From: the human T2T-CHM13v2.0 reference genome, Homo sapiens
DNA: 64,000 nt
Assembly (NCBI RefSeq): GCF_009914755.1
Contig: NC_060947.1
Direction: 5' to 3' (one strand)
Part shown: positions 61,171-64,000 of the stretch, piece by piece
Numbering within the stretch: position 1 is the first letter of the stretch
Layout of the letters: every line of letters starts with the position of its first letter
Program-made: the position numbers and the translations under genes
Notes under the pieces: model-generated
Database searches by the model: none
Told to the model about the DNA's origin: nothing
The model's input: the letters and a program-made list of their open reading frames with translations, nothing else

Positions 61171-64000
61171 GCCCCACGTGCACTTTTGAAGAATGTGTAT
61201 TCTGCTGCCATCAGATGGAATGTTGCTATATGTGTCTGTTAGATACATTTGGTCTAAAGTGTAGTTCAATTCCAATGTTTCCTTATTAATTTTCTGTCTG
61301 AATAACCCATCCATTGCTGAAAGTACAGTATTGAAGTCCTCTACTATCATTTTATTACTGCCTATGTTCCCCTTCAGATCTATTAATATTTGCTTTATAT
61401 ATTTAGCTGCTCCAAAGTTGGGTGAATATATTTTACAGTTATCATATCTTCTTCATGAATTTACTCCTTTATCATTATATAATGAACTTTTGAATCTCTT
61501 TGTATAGTTTTTGATTTAAAATCTATTCTGTCTGATGTAAGTATAGTCACCCATGCTCTCTTTTGATTACCATTTGCATAGAATATGTTTTTCCATCCCT
61601 TCTCTTTCTGTCTGTGTGTCCTTAAAGCTTAAGTGAGTCTCCTGTAGACAACATATATTTGGGTCTTGTTTTTTTATTCATTCAGCCACTCTATGTCTTT
61701 TAATTGGAGAATTTAATCCATTTACATTCAAAGTAATTATTGCTAGAGAAGGACTTGCTATTTCCATTTTGTTAATCATTTTTGTGACTGTCTTGCAGAA
61801 CTTTTGTTTCTTTTTTTCTCTCTTGCTGTCTTCCTTTGTGAGTTGATGATCTCTAGTAGTATGGTTTGATTCCTTTCTGTTTGTCTTTTGTGTATCTACA
61901 ATAGGCTTTTGCTTTATTACCATAAACCTTACATAAAACATCATATAGTGATAACAAGCTATTTAAAGCTGATAACAACTTAACTTCAGTCACATTAAAA
62001 AACTACATTTTTACTACATACAGATGTAATTGTATGTAATTATGTTTTTGATATCATGATTTACATCTTTTTATATTGTGAATCCACTAACAATTTATTA
62101 TAACTATAGCTATTTTTAATATTTTATTTAATATTTTATTTTAACATTTTATTTTAATAACCTTTATACTAGAGTTATGAGTGATTTATATACCACTATT
62201 ACAATATTAGAGTATTTCTATTTGTTTATATATTTATTTTTACTAGCGAATTTTACACTTTTATATACTTTCATGTTACTAATTAGCATCCTTTCATTTC
62301 AGCTTGAAGAAGTCACTTTAGTATTTATAATAAGGCAGGCCGAGTGGTGATGAACACCCTTAGCTTTTCTTTGTCTGGAGAAGTCTTTATCACTCCTTTA
62401 TCTCTGAAGGACATCCTTGCTGGGTAAGGTATTCTTGGTTATAAGGTTTTTGTTTGTTTGTTTGTTTGTTTGTTTTGGCACTTTGAATATATCATCCTAC
62501 TTTCTCCTGACCTGCAAAGATTCTGCTGACAAACATGTTGATAGTCTTATGGTGTTTCCTTGTATCTGAGAAACATATTTTCTCTTGCTGCCTTCAAAAT
62601 TCTCTCTTTGTTTTTGATTTTTGACAATTTGATTATAACATGTCTTGGTGAAGACTTCTTTGGGTTGAACCTGATTGAAAACCTTTGAGCTTCATGTAAC
62701 TGGATGTCTAGATCTCTCTCCAGATTTGAAGGTTTGGGGCCATTATTTCTTTAAATGAGCTCTCTGCCCATTTCTTCCCCTCTTCTCATTCTAAAAATCC
62801 TATATTGCTAATGTTAGCTCCCTTGATGTTGTTCCATAAATCTCAAAGACTTGCCAATTATTTTATTTATGAAGGGAAGGTTAGGCTCCTGATAAAGCCA
62901 GTATATAATTGAAAATGGCTATGCTCCAGGATTCTGCAGGAAAAGTTTTAATAACACTCCTGTAATAGTTAATTTAGTAATTTCTTCAGAAACTTGTGCG
63001 ATATGTTCTGCTTTTCCCAACAATTTCTGTTATAATCACAATATTTTCTGTTCCATGTTTTATCCAAAGATTATCAAATGCATAGGTTGTTACAGAAAGA
63101 AGTTTTCCTATCCACCTAGGCTATAGACATGTCAATGAGCTGATCATGCCTTTGACAGGAAGCTGAATCTCACTTACACAAGTTGCTGGTCTATGAAAGA
63201 AGAGGATTAATGCTATGTCAGTTAAGTGGCATGCTCTAGTTTGTAATGTAAATCCCATAGAGTTTTTAAATCACAGCATTTATTTTTACACTGAAATGGG
63301 AGAATATAAATAGTTAGATTTCTATGTAATGACTTCACCAACTATTTTGCCAGTCAGTGAAAAGTTCTTCCTTCACTTGTTTGTTATGAATGATACTAGA
63401 TTCTCTGCCAATTCAGTAACAATTACCCCACATTGCCATCTAAAAGAATCCCACTTATAATAGATTATGAACAAACGTGAACTGAATTAATGAATGATGT
63501 GTTTTTCTTGTTTATTTTTCATGGAGCGTACAGGGTCATAAATAAATAGTTTATATCACAATCTGGCCACCAAGAAATTAAATCCATCATCATTAAAGTG
63601 ATAAGTCAGATGCCAAAAAGCAGATGGACAGTGGCATGATGAGGCCTTTTATGAACGTGGCTTATATTTATTCCTAGCCAAAGACATGATATGTAGGAGT
63701 TCAGACCAAAAAAGCTTGGCAAGAGTGAGGATTAGACCATTAGAAGTAACATGTCTTCCTCTGCTCAATTTCTTTATTTTCTCCTTTAAGCAATTGACCT
63801 CCTCTTAACACCAATTCCTGAATGAAGTCTTTATACTGGGATGTAATGTTTTTTAACAAAGCCACAAAGCTTGGGTTTGTTGAGACTGAGCTAAATACTT
63901 ATTGCTCTCTGTTGCCCCTTGTGGATAGACAGAGGGAATATGACATAGATTTCCTGATAAATTAATATAAGAAACAGCTTCATAAAAGGAGATGAAATAA

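Larger units (their letters stand above)
53165..62840 (-). mobile_element. Long degraded L1M sequence (ORF2 to ORF1), broken by nested insertions
   Basis: ORF2 remnants [53 protein letters not shown]; may be more than one element. Confidence 0.88.

Overview
This is primate, most likely human, genomic DNA and is heavily repeat-derived. One protein-coding gene is supported: CCDC160 (+ strand, recognised from the 325-aa translation; Xq26 from prior knowledge). It has a CpG-island first exon carrying an RFX X-box, a probable 62-nt 5'UTR cassette exon, and its whole CDS in the last exon (13976-14953). Downstream are a full-length degraded ERVL-class provirus on the - strand (22423-30393) with both LTRs and an intact 5-bp TSD, and a processed NT5DC1 pseudogene with TSD (41415-42941). 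A roughly 20-kb block of old L1 sequence follows, with nested THE1/MST, MER1A, MLT2, SVA, MER52 and Alu insertions; the MLT2 contains an STR matching the forensic marker DXS10103. I found no prokaryotic features (CRISPR, operons) and no convincing previously undescribed system. The best leads are the X-box, the stop-free in-frame exon 1 of CCDC160, the intact provirus, and a fold-back inversion inside L1 at 48741-49040. Repeat subfamily names come from recall of consensus sequences and need RepeatMasker/Dfam confirmation.
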